From Schmidtea polychroa (taxonomy: Eukaryota), in NCBI GenBank assembly GCA_044892525.1, contig CM097885.1, positions 235,168,001 to 235,232,000 on the forward strand: a stretch of DNA of 64,000 nt. Reading direction: 5' to 3'. Below the pieces are notes generated by a model, which saw nothing but the letters and a program-made list of their open reading frames with translations, did no database searches and was not told the origin of the DNA. The translations under genes were made by a program, and so were the position numbers. Positions 27,118-41,605 of this stretch are shown in pieces (position 1 is the first letter of the stretch; each line of letters starts with the position of its first letter).

Positions 27118-29026
27118 GAGCGATTCAGTATCATTTATTACGCAATATTTTACGTTGCAGTATTTTAAATTAATGAGTTTTTATTATGTGATGTTCAAAT
27201 ATATGTGTGGATGCAAATATTTGTTTAGAATTTTCATCAGTGTATCCTCAATTTTAAATTAATTTGATATATTAATTAACTGAAAACTTTATTTCACTTG
27301 AAATTCATCATATTATTCCATGTAAATTAACCAAACGATCATGTTTCTATAATAATAAAAAATAGAAATTTGACAAAAATTACTCCAAATGATAAAGAAT
27401 TTATACCAAATTTATTAATGAATTGTCAATAAATGATCATGTATTTCTCACAAAGATATAAATTAACCAATGAATTTATTAATTATTGTCTGAAAATATT
27501 ATTTTAAATGACATATTTAACCAATATTCTTCGCACAAAATATTCATGTTTTGGTAAATGTTGCTCAAAAATCGTAACTTATTCTCACGAAGATATATTA
27601 CAATGATAATAAATTAGAATTCTAACTAATAAACACCTTAATTGGTTAACCAGATGATCATATTTCTATTATGACTCGAACAAAGATTTTTACTCCAAAG
27701 AATCAATGTTGTTATTAATGTATTTCTCACGAAGTTAACTATTGTAATGAACATTAGATGAATAAATTACCTATGAAAATACTTTACCAAATTACCTTTT
27801 AAATGACAAAGTTAATCAATAAATTTATCGTTCGAAATAAGAATAAAGTTACATTTAAAATATTACCCAAATATTTCTCACTAAATTACCTAAGAATTTA
27901 TATACATGTGCCTTAATTACCCTTGCGACCAGTACCTTTACGACAAATACCCATAGGGGGACAAAATATCTTGTCGGATAAACTCTGAGTATATAAAAGA
28001 ACTTACAATCTTTATTGATTAATTTGTTGTATATATATTTGCATTGACACATCAAAATGTCAGATAATATTTATAAATTAACTAAAAAATATACAAATAG
28101 CAATAAATGTGCATGATTAAAAAAGACACTAGAAATTTGTATTGAGAAATTACATATATATAGTATGATATTCATTAATCAAAGTTGAACAGGCTTGACA
28201 ATTGCGAACATTCTTCTCGTGACACTTAGAACAAACAATTACATGACCACACGGTAAAAACAAAACCGAAACTTGATTTTCTTTACAAATTGAACAAGTT
28301 AAATACATTTTCTTAACATCGTTCAGTTTTTCCGTTAGTTTATTTTCAATCAAATCGACTTTCGCCATCCATTCATAAATCAATCTACTATATCCCGGTT
28401 TCAATCTTAAATACATGCAACTCCAAAAGTATTCATTCAGTGTATCGTTGTTTACCACTGTTTTTTCAAAATACATTAAATAACTAGATAACTTCAAAAT
28501 ACATTTATCATAATTAAATAAATCAATCAAATATTCAATAGAGGAATGTTTGAAAATTTTTAAAACATTTATGATTTTCTTATCAGTGTAAGCATCATGA
28601 TTATTTATAAAATCTTCAACTGTGTTGTTAAAAATTTCAATGAGCAATTATCTTCAGAATAGGATGGACTTAATTTTTCATTATTTCGAGTTCCTTGCTA
28701 TAAATCACAAAAAATTGATAAAATAATAAAGTTACCAAATACATTTTGTGATTTACACAATCATATTCAACAGTTTTACTTGTAGAAATCATCAGTAATA
28801 ACTAAATTACTTTTGTTTTTACATTTATCACAATAGATATAACCAATCAAATTAGAATTTTCAAAATGTAATCGATGAGTCACGTGACCTTGATGAGTCA
28901 TATGACCTTGAATGAGTCATACTTTATAAAATAAGAATTTTGAAGAAAATAATCATGAAAAATAATGAAAATATTGCTTATTACAACATTCGGATACCCT
29001 ACATAAAACCCATCGAAATAATAATA

Positions 29027-29078
<52 letters not shown>

Positions 29079-29432
29079 ATTGAAAATAACTTTGAAAATA
29101 ATATATTCATGCAAATGATGAAAATGTTGAAAATCATGAAATCGATGCAAAAATTATGAAAATAATTATGAAAATGTTCTTGCATCTAATGAAAATGGCG
29201 TCAAAATATGTTTTGAAAATAAGATTTTAACATACCACAACGTAATATATTTTTGTTCTACCCCTTCATTGATTAGTCAGAATTTAATAATATGCCCTTT
29301 GAGACATGTTGTATATGAGCATTATCCATCCGGGGACTAAATATGTTGTCGGATAAACTCATAGTTTATATAATAATAATAATTATAATAATACTTTGAA
29401 AATAAAATAAGAATAATAATAATAATAATGAA

Positions 29433-29487
<55 letters not shown>

Positions 29488-29768
29488 TTAATAATAATAA
29501 TAATAATACTTTGAAAATATTATAAATAATAATAATATCCCCCGCGCGTTAATAATAACAATAATAAAAATAATAATAATTGATGAAAATGTTGAAAATG
29601 GTGTCAAAATATATTTAAGTTTTAAAATACTGCAAAGTAATATATATTTTTTCTACCCCTTCCTTGATTTTGATTGGTCAGTATATATACTCTTTGAGAC
29701 ATGTGAGCAGTACCTTTGCGAGTAGTACTCATAAAGGGGACTAAATATTTTGTCGGATAGACTAGGAG

Positions 29769-29807
<39 letters not shown>

Positions 29808-31652
29808 CCTTGTGAGCAGTACACTTGCAACATGTTGAGTGTGAACATTACCCATAGGGGGACAAAATATCTTGTCGGATAAACTCAGAGTATAATCACA
29901 TATTAAGCATATATACCCGTGTTAAAATAAGCATGTGCAATACACGTACAATGCACACAAAAACATAGATTTTTCATAAATTTTAAAGAAATTTGATAAA
30001 GTTTCATATTTTTACACACATACACACACAATAATTTTCTACCCCATAGCACACACACATACACACACAGAAAACATAGATTTTTGAAAGAAATTTACAT
30101 GTATTTGATAAAAGTTTTTTACACACACATACTCTACTCCATAACACACACATATATAGATTTTTCATAAATTTTAAAGAAATTTGATATAATTTTTACA
30201 CACATATACAATAATTCTCTACCCCATAGGACAAACACACATATAGATTTTTTAAAGAAATTTATATGTATTTCATAAAAGTTTTTTACACACACATACT
30301 CTACCCCATAGCACACACACACACACACAGAAAACATAGATTTTTTAAAGAAATTTACATGATTTTTATAAAATTTATTATTTGTACACAAATACACATA
30401 TAATAATTCTCTAACCATAGCACACACATAGATTTTTTAAAGAAATTTACATGTATTTGATAAAAGTTTTTACACACCCATAATAATTACCCATACCACA
30501 CACACACACACAGAAAACATAGATTTTTAAAGAAATTTACATGATTTTTATAAAATTTATTATTTGTACACACATACACCCATAATAATTCTCTAACCAT
30601 AGCACACACAGAAAACATAGATTTTTGAAAGAAATTTACATGTATTTGATAAAATTTAATATTTTTACACACATACACCCATAATAATTCTCTAACCATA
30701 GCACACACAGAAAACATAGATTTTTGAAAGAAATTTACATGTATTTGATAAAATTTAATATTTTTACACACATACACCCATAATAATTCTCTAACCATAG
30801 CACACACAGAAAACATAGATTTTTGAAAGAAATTTACATGTATTTGATAAAAGTTTTTTACGCACACATACTCTACCCCATAACACACACATATATAGAT
30901 TTTTCATAAATTTTAAAGAAATTTGATATAATTTTTACACACATATACAATAATTCTCTACCCCATAGGACAAACACACATATAGATTTTTTTTAAAAGA
31001 AATTTACATGTATTTGATAAAATTTTTACATACACACATACTCTACCCATAACACACACACACAGAAAACATAGATTTTTCATAAAATTTAACTAAATTT
31101 ACATGTATTTGATAAAATTTCATATTTTTACACACACATACTATACCCGTAACACACACATAGATTTTTCATAAAATTTAACTAAATTTACATGTATTTG
31201 ATAAAATTTCATATATTTACGCACACACATACTATACCCGTAACACACACACACAAAAACATAGATTTTTCATAAAATTTACCTAAATTTATACATGTAT
31301 TTGATAAAATTTCATATTTTACACACTCACACTCTACCAATAACACACACATAGAATTTTTAAAAAAATTTACATGTATTTGATAAAATTTATTATTTTT
31401 GGCTATTGCACACACAATCACTCAGAAATATTTTTCTACCCTTAAGGTGTGTAATCCTAGCATGTATACTTTCGAATAGACTTGTGTGTGTAAATATTTT
31501 AGATTTATCTCTAATACTTGCAATAATAATAATGGATTGAGTATGTGTGTAAAATTAATATCAAGGTATGACTAATAAATTTGCAATACACTTGCATAAT
31601 TAACAAAGACTTTGCAATAAACGTGCATGATTAACAAAGACATGAATATAAT

Positions 31653-31683
<31 letters not shown>

Positions 31684-33953
31684 TTAATAATAATAAAAAT
31701 AATAATAATACTATTGATAATAATAAATAATATTGATAATAATAATAATTTTGATATTAATAATAATAAATCCCATGGGCGCGTCATTCTGAAAACAGAT
31801 GTCTTTGTTTTAAAAAGTGATGAGTCATTGTCTTTGTTATAAAAAGTCAGCGATGACTACCTTTGTAGTACCTTTTGTTTGATATGTATATTATAAGGTT
31901 TGAAAAATTTGACCCTTGGACCATCATACTCATCTTTGTATTACCTTTTGTTTGATATGTATATTATAAAGTTCGAAAGTTTTTGACCCTTTGAAGGTTA
32001 TTGACCCACCATATACCTTCGACCCTTGGACCATCATACTCATCTTTGTATTACCTTTTGTTTGATATGTATATTATAAGGTTTTCAAAATTTGAACCTT
32101 GGACTCTTTAAACTTGGACCATCATACTCATTTTTGAATTTCCTTTTGTTTGATATATATATTATAAGGTTTGAAAAAATTCGAAGGTTTATGACCCTTT
32201 GAAGGTTATACCATTCGAAGATATGACCATTAGATAGACCTCTGAAATACCTTTCGAATTATAAGGTTTGAAAAGATTTTTTGAGGGACCCACCATTTTA
32301 TTATATTGATTTGCATTTAAATTATTTGATATATATATATTTTATTATTATTTTCAAAATAATATTATTATTTTTCAAAGTAATACTATTTTTTATTATT
32401 ATTTTATTATTATTAATTATTAATTATTATTAATTAATTAATTTTATTATTAATTTTATTATTATTAATTAATTAATTAATTTTATTATTATTCACAAAA
32501 ATATTATTATTATAAAGACATGTTGAACTCATGTCACGTGTAAATTAAACAAAGACAATGAGTAACAAAGACATTATTTGTTACTATGTGAGTCATTGAT
32601 GACTCATCATTTTAGTACAAAGCATAGAGTATGTGTGTGTATATTTCTCTATCCTATCTGTATTCTGATTGGATAGACGTTACATATACTCTATGATTTT
32701 TTCAAAATGCTCGTGGATGAAAAAGTAAATATCAATTATTATGTTTTTAATTATAATGTTTTTTAGAAATTATGAAATCAATTTATGAATTTTTTATGAA
32801 GAATATGTTTTTATGGAGAAAATTATATCAGAAATGGTAATGTTTTTTATTACTTTGTTATTATTATTTTATTTTTTATTATTATTTTTTATTACTTTGA
32901 AATAATATTTTGAAATAATATTAATTTGATAATAATAATAGTAATAATAATAATTATAATAAAATAATAATATTACATTGAAAATAATAATAATAATGAT
33001 AATAATAATAATAATAATAATGATAATAATAATAATAATAATGATAATAATAATAATTTTGATAATAACATCTTTGTTCTAGTGGAGTCCTGAGTCATCG
33101 TTCTAATCGTGTGTGATAGTCTTTGTCTTAAAAATAAATGATTGGTCTTTGTTCAAAAAAGTCATCGATGAGTCATACAAGGGGGGGGGGGGCTAGTGCA
33201 CAAAAAACAATAATAACTCCTTATTTAAACTATGAGTCATCGATGAGTCTTTGTCTATATGTCTTTGTTTAAATGTATTTATTTAAATATTTGTTTACAT
33301 GTCATTATTTAAATATTTGATTAAATGTCTTTGTTTAAATATTTGTTTAAATGTATTTATTTAAATATTTGTTTACATGTCATTGTTTAAATATTTGATT
33401 AAATGTCTTTGTTTAAAAAATGATGAGTCATACATACTTTAATAATGAGTCAGTTGGCTTTGTTCCAAAAATGACGAGTCATATGACCTTGTTAATAAAA
33501 ATAGAATGACCTTGATGAGTCATCTTCTTTGTTTTAAAATGATGAGTCATCGGGCAGGATCAACGGTGATGAATCATATGTACTTTAATGATGAGTCATC
33601 GTCTTTGTTTAAAAATGATGAGTCATGTGACCTTGTTACTAAAAATAGAATGACCTTGACCTATTTACTAAAAATAGAATGACCTTGATGAGTCATCGAT
33701 GACGTCATGTGGCCTTGTTGCTAAAAATAGAATGACCTTGGCCTAGTTGCCATGGGGACCACCGTTGCTATGGATGAGTCATGCGACCTTGATCTAGTTA
33801 CCATGGTTGCTATGGGTGAGTCATATGACCTTGATCCAGTTACCACGGTTGCTATGGATGAGTCATCGATGAGTCATATGTCTTTGTTTTGCGCTGAGTC
33901 ATCGGGGGGGGGTAGTGCAAAAAATGACAAAAAACGATGAGTCATGGAGCACA
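26758..33953 (-). repeat. Inverted arm copy 2 (lacks the terminal 12 nt)
   Basis: Nearly the same ORF set as copy 1, shifted by about 8.35-8.39 kb. Same junction at 33953/33954. Confidence 0.95.
28150..28647 (-). CDS. IAP-type RING ORF, copy 3
   Basis: Identical 165-aa translation. Confidence 0.75.
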   Translation of the reverse strand: MLIEIFNNTVEDFINNHDAYTDKKIINVLKIFKHSSIEYLIDLFNYDKCILKLSSYLMYFEKTVVNNDTLNEYFWSCMYLRLKPGYSRLIYEWMAKVDLIENKLTEKLNDVKKMYLTCSICKENQVSVLFLPCGHVIVCSKCHEKNVRNCQACSTLINEYHTIYM

Positions 33954-34211
33954 TGTCAAATTTCTATTTTTTATTATTATAGAAACATGATCGTTTGGTT
34001 AATTTACATGGAATAATATGATGAATTTCAAGTGAAATAAAGTTTTCAGTTAATTAATATATCAAATTAATTTAAAATTGAGGATACACTGATGAAAATT
34101 CTAAACAAATATTTGCATCCACACATATATTTGAACATCACATAATAAAAACTCATTAATTTAAAATACTGCAACGTAAAATATTGCGTAATAAATGATA
34201 CTGAATCGCTC

Positions 34212-34264
<53 letters not shown>

Positions 34265-34571
34265 ATTGAAAATAATAATAATATTACTTTGAAAAATAAT
34301 AATATGACATTGAAAATAATAATAATATTACTTTGAAAAATAATAATATGACATTGATGACATTTGAAAATAAAATAAGAATTTTGAAGAAAATAATCAT
34401 GAAAATATTGAAAATCGTAAAAATATCTTTTGGAAATACTTTGAAAATAATAATACTATGAACTTGTATTTGAAAATAATATACATTTAGCGACCAATAC
34501 CCATAGAGGGACAAAATATCTTGTCGGATAAACTCAGACTATATATATAATTAAATCAGTCAAATCAAGAA

Positions 34572-35103
34572 TTTTGATAAAATTATACTTAGGTGGTAAG
34601 AATATATGAAATATATGATAAAAAAAAAATTGAAAGGTTTTTGATGAAAATAAGAATAGATATATATTTAAAATATATTTTACTAAAACTTGAATATTTA
34701 ACAGAAGAAATATTAGTAGGAAAATAAATCGGGGGCTGTTGATTGTTCAAAGGATTATGTTATAGCTAAATTATTACATCAAAGTTGATTGAAAAATAAT
34801 TCTGTTAATAAAGTTTGGCTGAGTTCTTTATTTTACACTAAATTTCGAAATTAATATTAGTCACATTCCTAAATAATTGAAATGTAACGTAACATTTTAA
34901 AAATACAATTATATACTTTTTACTAAATTTAATTGTCTGTAATTTTCCTTTAACCTTCTGTAGCAATTAATTCTATCTCAATTAAGATTTTCCTTTAACC
35001 TTCTGTAGCAATTAATTCTATCTCAATTAAGATTTACACTCTTTATTAATTTATCATATATTTCAATGAATATTATTACCACTTGAGTATAGTTTTATCA
35101 AAG
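34572..35103 (-). other. Spacer copy 3, inverted (orientation B)
   Basis: Begins TTTTGATAAAATTATACTTAGGTGGTAAG, the reverse complement of the end of spacers 1 and 2. The 45-bp duplication now lies on the right as its reverse complement (about 34946-35035). Confidence 0.92.
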
Positions 35104-35410
35104 TTCTTGATTTGACTGATTTAATTATATATATAGTCTGAGTTTATCCGACAAGATATTTTGTCCCTCTATGGGTATTGGTCGCTAAATGTATATTATT
35201 TTCAAATACAAGTTCATAGTATTATTATTTTCAAAGTATTTCCAAAAGATATTTTTACGATTTTCAATATTTTCATGATTATTTTCTTCAAAATTCTTAT
35301 TTTATTTTCAAATGTCATCAATGTCATATTATTATTTTTCAAAGTAATATTATTATTATTTTCAATGTCATATTATTATTTTTCAAAGTAATATTATTAT
35401 TATTTTCAAT

Positions 35411-35466
<56 letters not shown>

Positions 35467-37375
35467 GAGCGATTCAGTATCATTTATTACGCAATATTTT
35501 ACGTTGCAGTATTTTAAATTAATGAGTTTTTATTATGTGATGTTCAAATATATGTGTGGATGCAAATATTTGTTTAGAATTTTCATCAGTGTATCCTCAA
35601 TTTTAAATTAATTTGATATATTAATTAACTGAAAACTTTATTTCACTTGAAATTCATCATATTATTCCATGTAAATTAACCAAACGATCATGTTTCTATA
35701 ATAATAAAAAATAGAAATTTGACAAAAATTACTCCAAATGATAAAGAATTTATACCAAATTTATTAATGAATTGTCAATAAATGATCATGTATTTCTCAC
35801 AAAGATATAAATTAACCAATGAATTTATTAATTATTGTCTGAAAATATTATTTTAAATGACATATTTAACCAATATTCTTCGCACAAAATATTCATGTTT
35901 TGGTAAATGTTGCTCAAAAATCGTAACTTATTCTCACGAAGATATATTACAATGATAATAAATTAGAATTCTAACTAATAAACACCTTAATTGGTTAACC
36001 AGATGATCATATTTCTATTATGACTCGAACAAAGATTTTTACTCCAAAGAATCAATGTTGTTATTAATGTATTTCTCACGAAGTTAACTATTGTAATGAA
36101 CATTAGATGAATAAATTACCTATGAAAATACTTTACCAAATTACCTTTTAAATGACAAAGTTAATCAATAAATTTATCGTTCGAAATAAGAATAAAGTTA
36201 CATTTAAAATATTACCCAAATATTTCTCACTAAATTACCTAAGAATTTATATACATGTGCCTTAATTACCCTTGCGACCAGTACCTTTACGACAAATACC
36301 CATAGGGGGACAAAATATCTTGTCGGATAAACTCTGAGTATATAAAAGAACTTACAATCTTTATTGATTAATTTGTTGTATATATATTTGCATTGACACA
36401 TCAAAATGTCAGATAATATTTATAAATTAACTAAAAAATATACAAATAGCAATAAATGTGCATGATTAAAAAAGACACTAGAAATTTGTATTGAGAAATT
36501 ACATATATATAGTATGATATTCATTAATCAAAGTTGAACAGGCTTGACAATTGCGAACATTCTTCTCGTGACACTTAGAACAAACAATTACATGACCACA
36601 CGGTAAAAACAAAACCGAAACTTGATTTTCTTTACAAATTGAACAAGTTAAATACATTTTCTTAACATCGTTCAGTTTTTCCGTTAGTTTATTTTCAATC
36701 AAATCGACTTTCGCCATCCATTCATAAATCAATCTACTATATCCCGGTTTCAATCTTAAATACATGCAACTCCAAAAGTATTCATTCAGTGTATCGTTGT
36801 TTACCACTGTTTTTTCAAAATACATTAAATAACTAGATAACTTCAAAATACATTTATCATAATTAAATAAATCAATCAAATATTCAATAGAGGAATGTTT
36901 GAAAATTTTTAAAACATTTATGATTTTCTTATCAGTGTAAGCATCATGATTATTTATAAAATCTTCAACTGTGTTGTTAAAAATTTCAATGAGCAATTAT
37001 CTTCAGAATAGGATGGACTTAATTTTTCATTATTTCGAGTTCCTTGCTATAAATCACAAAAAATTGATAAAATAATAAAGTTACCAAATACATTTTGTGA
37101 TTTACACAATCATATTCAACAGTTTTACTTGTAGAAATCATCAGTAATAACTAAATTACTTTTGTTTTTACATTTATCACAATAGATATAACCAATCAAA
37201 TTAGAATTTTCAAAATGTAATCGATGAGTCACGTGACCTTGATGAGTCATATGACCTTGAATGAGTCATACTTTATAAAATAAGAATTTTGAAGAAAATA
37301 ATCATGAAAAATAATGAAAATATTGCTTATTACAACATTCGGATACCCTACATAAAACCCATCGAAATAATAATA

Positions 37376-37427
<52 letters not shown>

Positions 37428-37781
37428 ATTGAAAATAACTTTGAAAATAATATATTCATGCAAATGATGAAAATGTTGAAAATCATGAAATCGATGCAAA
37501 AATTATGAAAATAATTATGAAAATGTTCTTGCATCTAATGAAAATGGCGTCAAAATATGTTTTGAAAATAAGATTTTAACATACCACAACGTAATATATT
37601 TTTGTTCTACCCCTTCATTGATTAGTCAGAATTTAATAATATGCCCTTTGAGACATGTTGTATATGAGCATTATCCATCCGGGGACTAAATATGTTGTCG
37701 GATAAACTCATAGTTTATATAATAATAATAATTATAATAATACTTTGAAAATAAAATAAGAATAATAATAATAATAATGAA

Positions 37782-37842
<61 letters not shown>

Positions 37843-37857
37843 TTAATAATAATACTT

Positions 37858-37890
<33 letters not shown>

Positions 37891-38174
37891 ATAATAATAA
37901 TAATAATAATAATACTTTGAAAATATTATAAATAATAATAATATCCCCCGCGCGTTAATAATAACAATAATAAAAATAATAATAATTGATGAAAATGTTG
38001 AAAATGGTGTCAAAATATATTTAAGTTTTAAAATACTGCAACGTAATATATATTTTTTCTACCCCTTCCTTGATTTTGATTGGTCAGTATATATACTCTT
38101 TGAGACATGTGAGCAGTACCTTTGCGAGTAGTACTCATAAAGGGGACTAAATATTTTGTCGGATAGACTAGGAG

Positions 38175-38210
<36 letters not shown>

Positions 38211-40051
38211 CCTTGTGAGCAGTACACTTGCAACATGTTGAGTGTGAACATTACCCATAGGGGGACAAAATATCTTGTCGGATAAACTCAGAGTATAATC
38301 ACATATTAAGCATATATACCCGTGTTAAAATAAGCATGTGCAATACACGTACAATGCACACAAAAACATAGATTTTTCATAAATTTTAAAGAAATTTGAT
38401 AAAGTTTCATATTTTTACACACATACACACACAATAATTTTCTACCCCATAGCACACACACATACACACACAGAAAACATAGATTTTTGAAAGAAATTTA
38501 CATGTATTTGATAAAAGTTTTTTACACACACATACTCTACTCCATAACACACACATATAGATTTTTCATAAATTTTAAAGAAATTTGATATAATTTTTAC
38601 ACACATACTATAATTCTCTACCCCATAGGACAAACACACATATAGATTTTTTAAAGAAATTTATATGTATTTCATAAAAGTTTTTTACACACACATACTC
38701 TACCCCATAGCACACACACACACACACAGAAAACATAGATTTTTTAAAGAAATTTACATGATTTTTATAAAATTTATTATTTGTACACAAATACACATAT
38801 AATAATTCTCTAACCATAGCACACACATAGATTTTTTAAAGAAATTTACATGTATTTGATAAAAGTTTTTACACACCCATAATAATTACCCATACCACAC
38901 ACACACACACAGAAAACATAGATTTTTAAAGAAATTTACATGATTTTTATAAAATTTATTATTTGTACACACATACACCCATAATAATTCTCTAACCATA
39001 GCACACACAGAAAACATAGATTTTTGAAAGAAATTTACATGTATTTGATAAAATTTAATATTTTTACACACATACACCCATAATAATTCTCTAACCATAG
39101 CACACACAGAAAACATAGATTTTTGAAAGAAATTTACATGTATTTGATAAAATTTAATATTTTTACACACATACACCCATAATAATTCTCTAACCATAGC
39201 ACACACAGAAAACATAGATTTTTGAAAGAAATTTACATGTATTTGATAAAAGTTTTTTACGCACACATACTCTACCCCATAACACACACATATATAGATT
39301 TTTCATAAATTTTAAAGAAATTTGATATAATTTTTACACACATATACAATAATTCTCTACCCCATAGGACAAACACACATATAGATTTTTTTAAAGAAAT
39401 TTACATGTATTTGATAAAATTTTTACATACACACATACTCTACCCATAACACACACACACAGAAAACATAGATTTTTCATAAAATTTAACTAAATTTACA
39501 TGTATTTGATAAAATTTCATATTTTTACACACACATACTATACCCGTAACACACACACATAGATTTTTCATAAAATTTAACTAAATTTACATGTATTTGA
39601 TAAAATTTCATATATTTACGCACACATATACTATACCCGTAACACACACACACAAAAACATAGATTTTTCATAAAATTTACCTAAATTTATACATGTATT
39701 TGATAAAATTTCATATTTTACACACTCACACTCTACCAATAACACACACATAGAATTTTTAAAAAAATTTACATGTATTTGATAAAATTTATTATTTTTG
39801 GCTATTGCACACACAATCACTCAGAAATATTTTTCTACCCTTAAGGTGTGTAATCCTAGCATGTATACTTTCGAATAGACTTGTGTGTGTAAATATTTTA
39901 GATTTATCTCTAATACTTGCAATAATAATAATGGATTGAGTATGTGTGTAAAATTAATATCAAGGTATGACTAATAAATTTGCAATACACTTGCATAATT
40001 AACAAAGACTTTGCAATAAACGTGCATGATTAACAAAGACATGAATATAAT

Positions 40052-40127
<76 letters not shown>

Positions 40128-41511
40128 TTAATAATAATAATAATAATAATATTAATAATAATAAAAATAATAATAATACTATTGATAATAATAAATAATA
40201 TTGATAATAATAATAATTTTGATATTAATAATAATAAATCCCATGGGCGCGTCATTCTGAAAACAGATGTCTTTGTTTTAAAAAGTGATGAGTCATTGTC
40301 TTTGTTATAAAAAGTCAGCGATGACTACCTTTGTAGTACCTTTTGTTTGATATGTATATTATAAGGTTTGAAAAATTTGACCCTTGGACCATCATACTCA
40401 TCTTTGTATTACCTTTTGTTTGATATGTATATTATAAAGTTCGAAAGTTTTTGACCCTTTGAAGGTTATTGACCCACCATATACCTTCGACCCTTGGACC
40501 ATCATACTCATCTTTGTATTACCTTTTGTTTGATATGTATATTATAAGGTTTTCAAAATTTGAACCTTGGACTCTTTAAACTTGGACCATCATACTCATT
40601 TTTGAATTTCCTTTTGTTTGATATATATATTATAAGGTTTGAAAAAATTCGAAGGTTTATGACCCTTTGAAGGTTATACCATTCGAAGATATGACCATTA
40701 GATAGACCTCTGAAATACCTTTCGAATTATAAGGTTTGAAAAGATTTTTTGAGGGACCCACCATTTTATTATATTGATTTGCATTTAAATTATTTGATAT
40801 ATATATATATATTTTATTATTATTTTCAAAGTAATATTATTATTATTTTTCAAAGTAATACTATTTTTTATTATTATTTTATTATAATTATTATTAATTA
40901 ATTAATTTTATTATTAATTTTATTATTATTAATTAATTAATTTTATTATTAATTTTATTATTATTAATTAATTAATTGATTTTATTATTATTCACAAAAA
41001 TATTATTATTATAAAGACATGTTGAACTCATGTCACATGTAAATTAAACAAAGACAATGAGTAACAAAGACATTATTTGTTACTATGTGAGTCATTGATG
41101 ACTCATCATTTTAGAACAAAGCATAGAGTATGTGTGTGTATATTTCTCTATCCTATCTGTATTCTGATTGGATAGACGTTACATATACTCTATGCTTTTT
41201 TCAAAATGCTCGTGGATGAAAAAGTAAATATCAATTATTATGTTTTTAATTATAATGTTTTTTAGAAATTATGAAATCAATTTATGAATATTTTATGAAA
41301 TTTTATTATGAATTTTTTTTTATGAAGAATATGTTTTTATGGAGAAAATTATATCAGAAATGGTAATGTTTTTTAATTCTTTGTTATTATTATTTTATTT
41401 TTTATTATTATTTTTTTATTACTTTGAAATAATATTTTGAAATAATATTAATTTGATAATAATAATAGTAATAATAATAATTATAATAAAATAATAATAT
41501 TACATTGAAAA

Positions 41512-41557
<46 letters not shown>

Positions 41558-41568
41558 TATTGATAATG

Positions 41569-41605
<37 letters not shown>

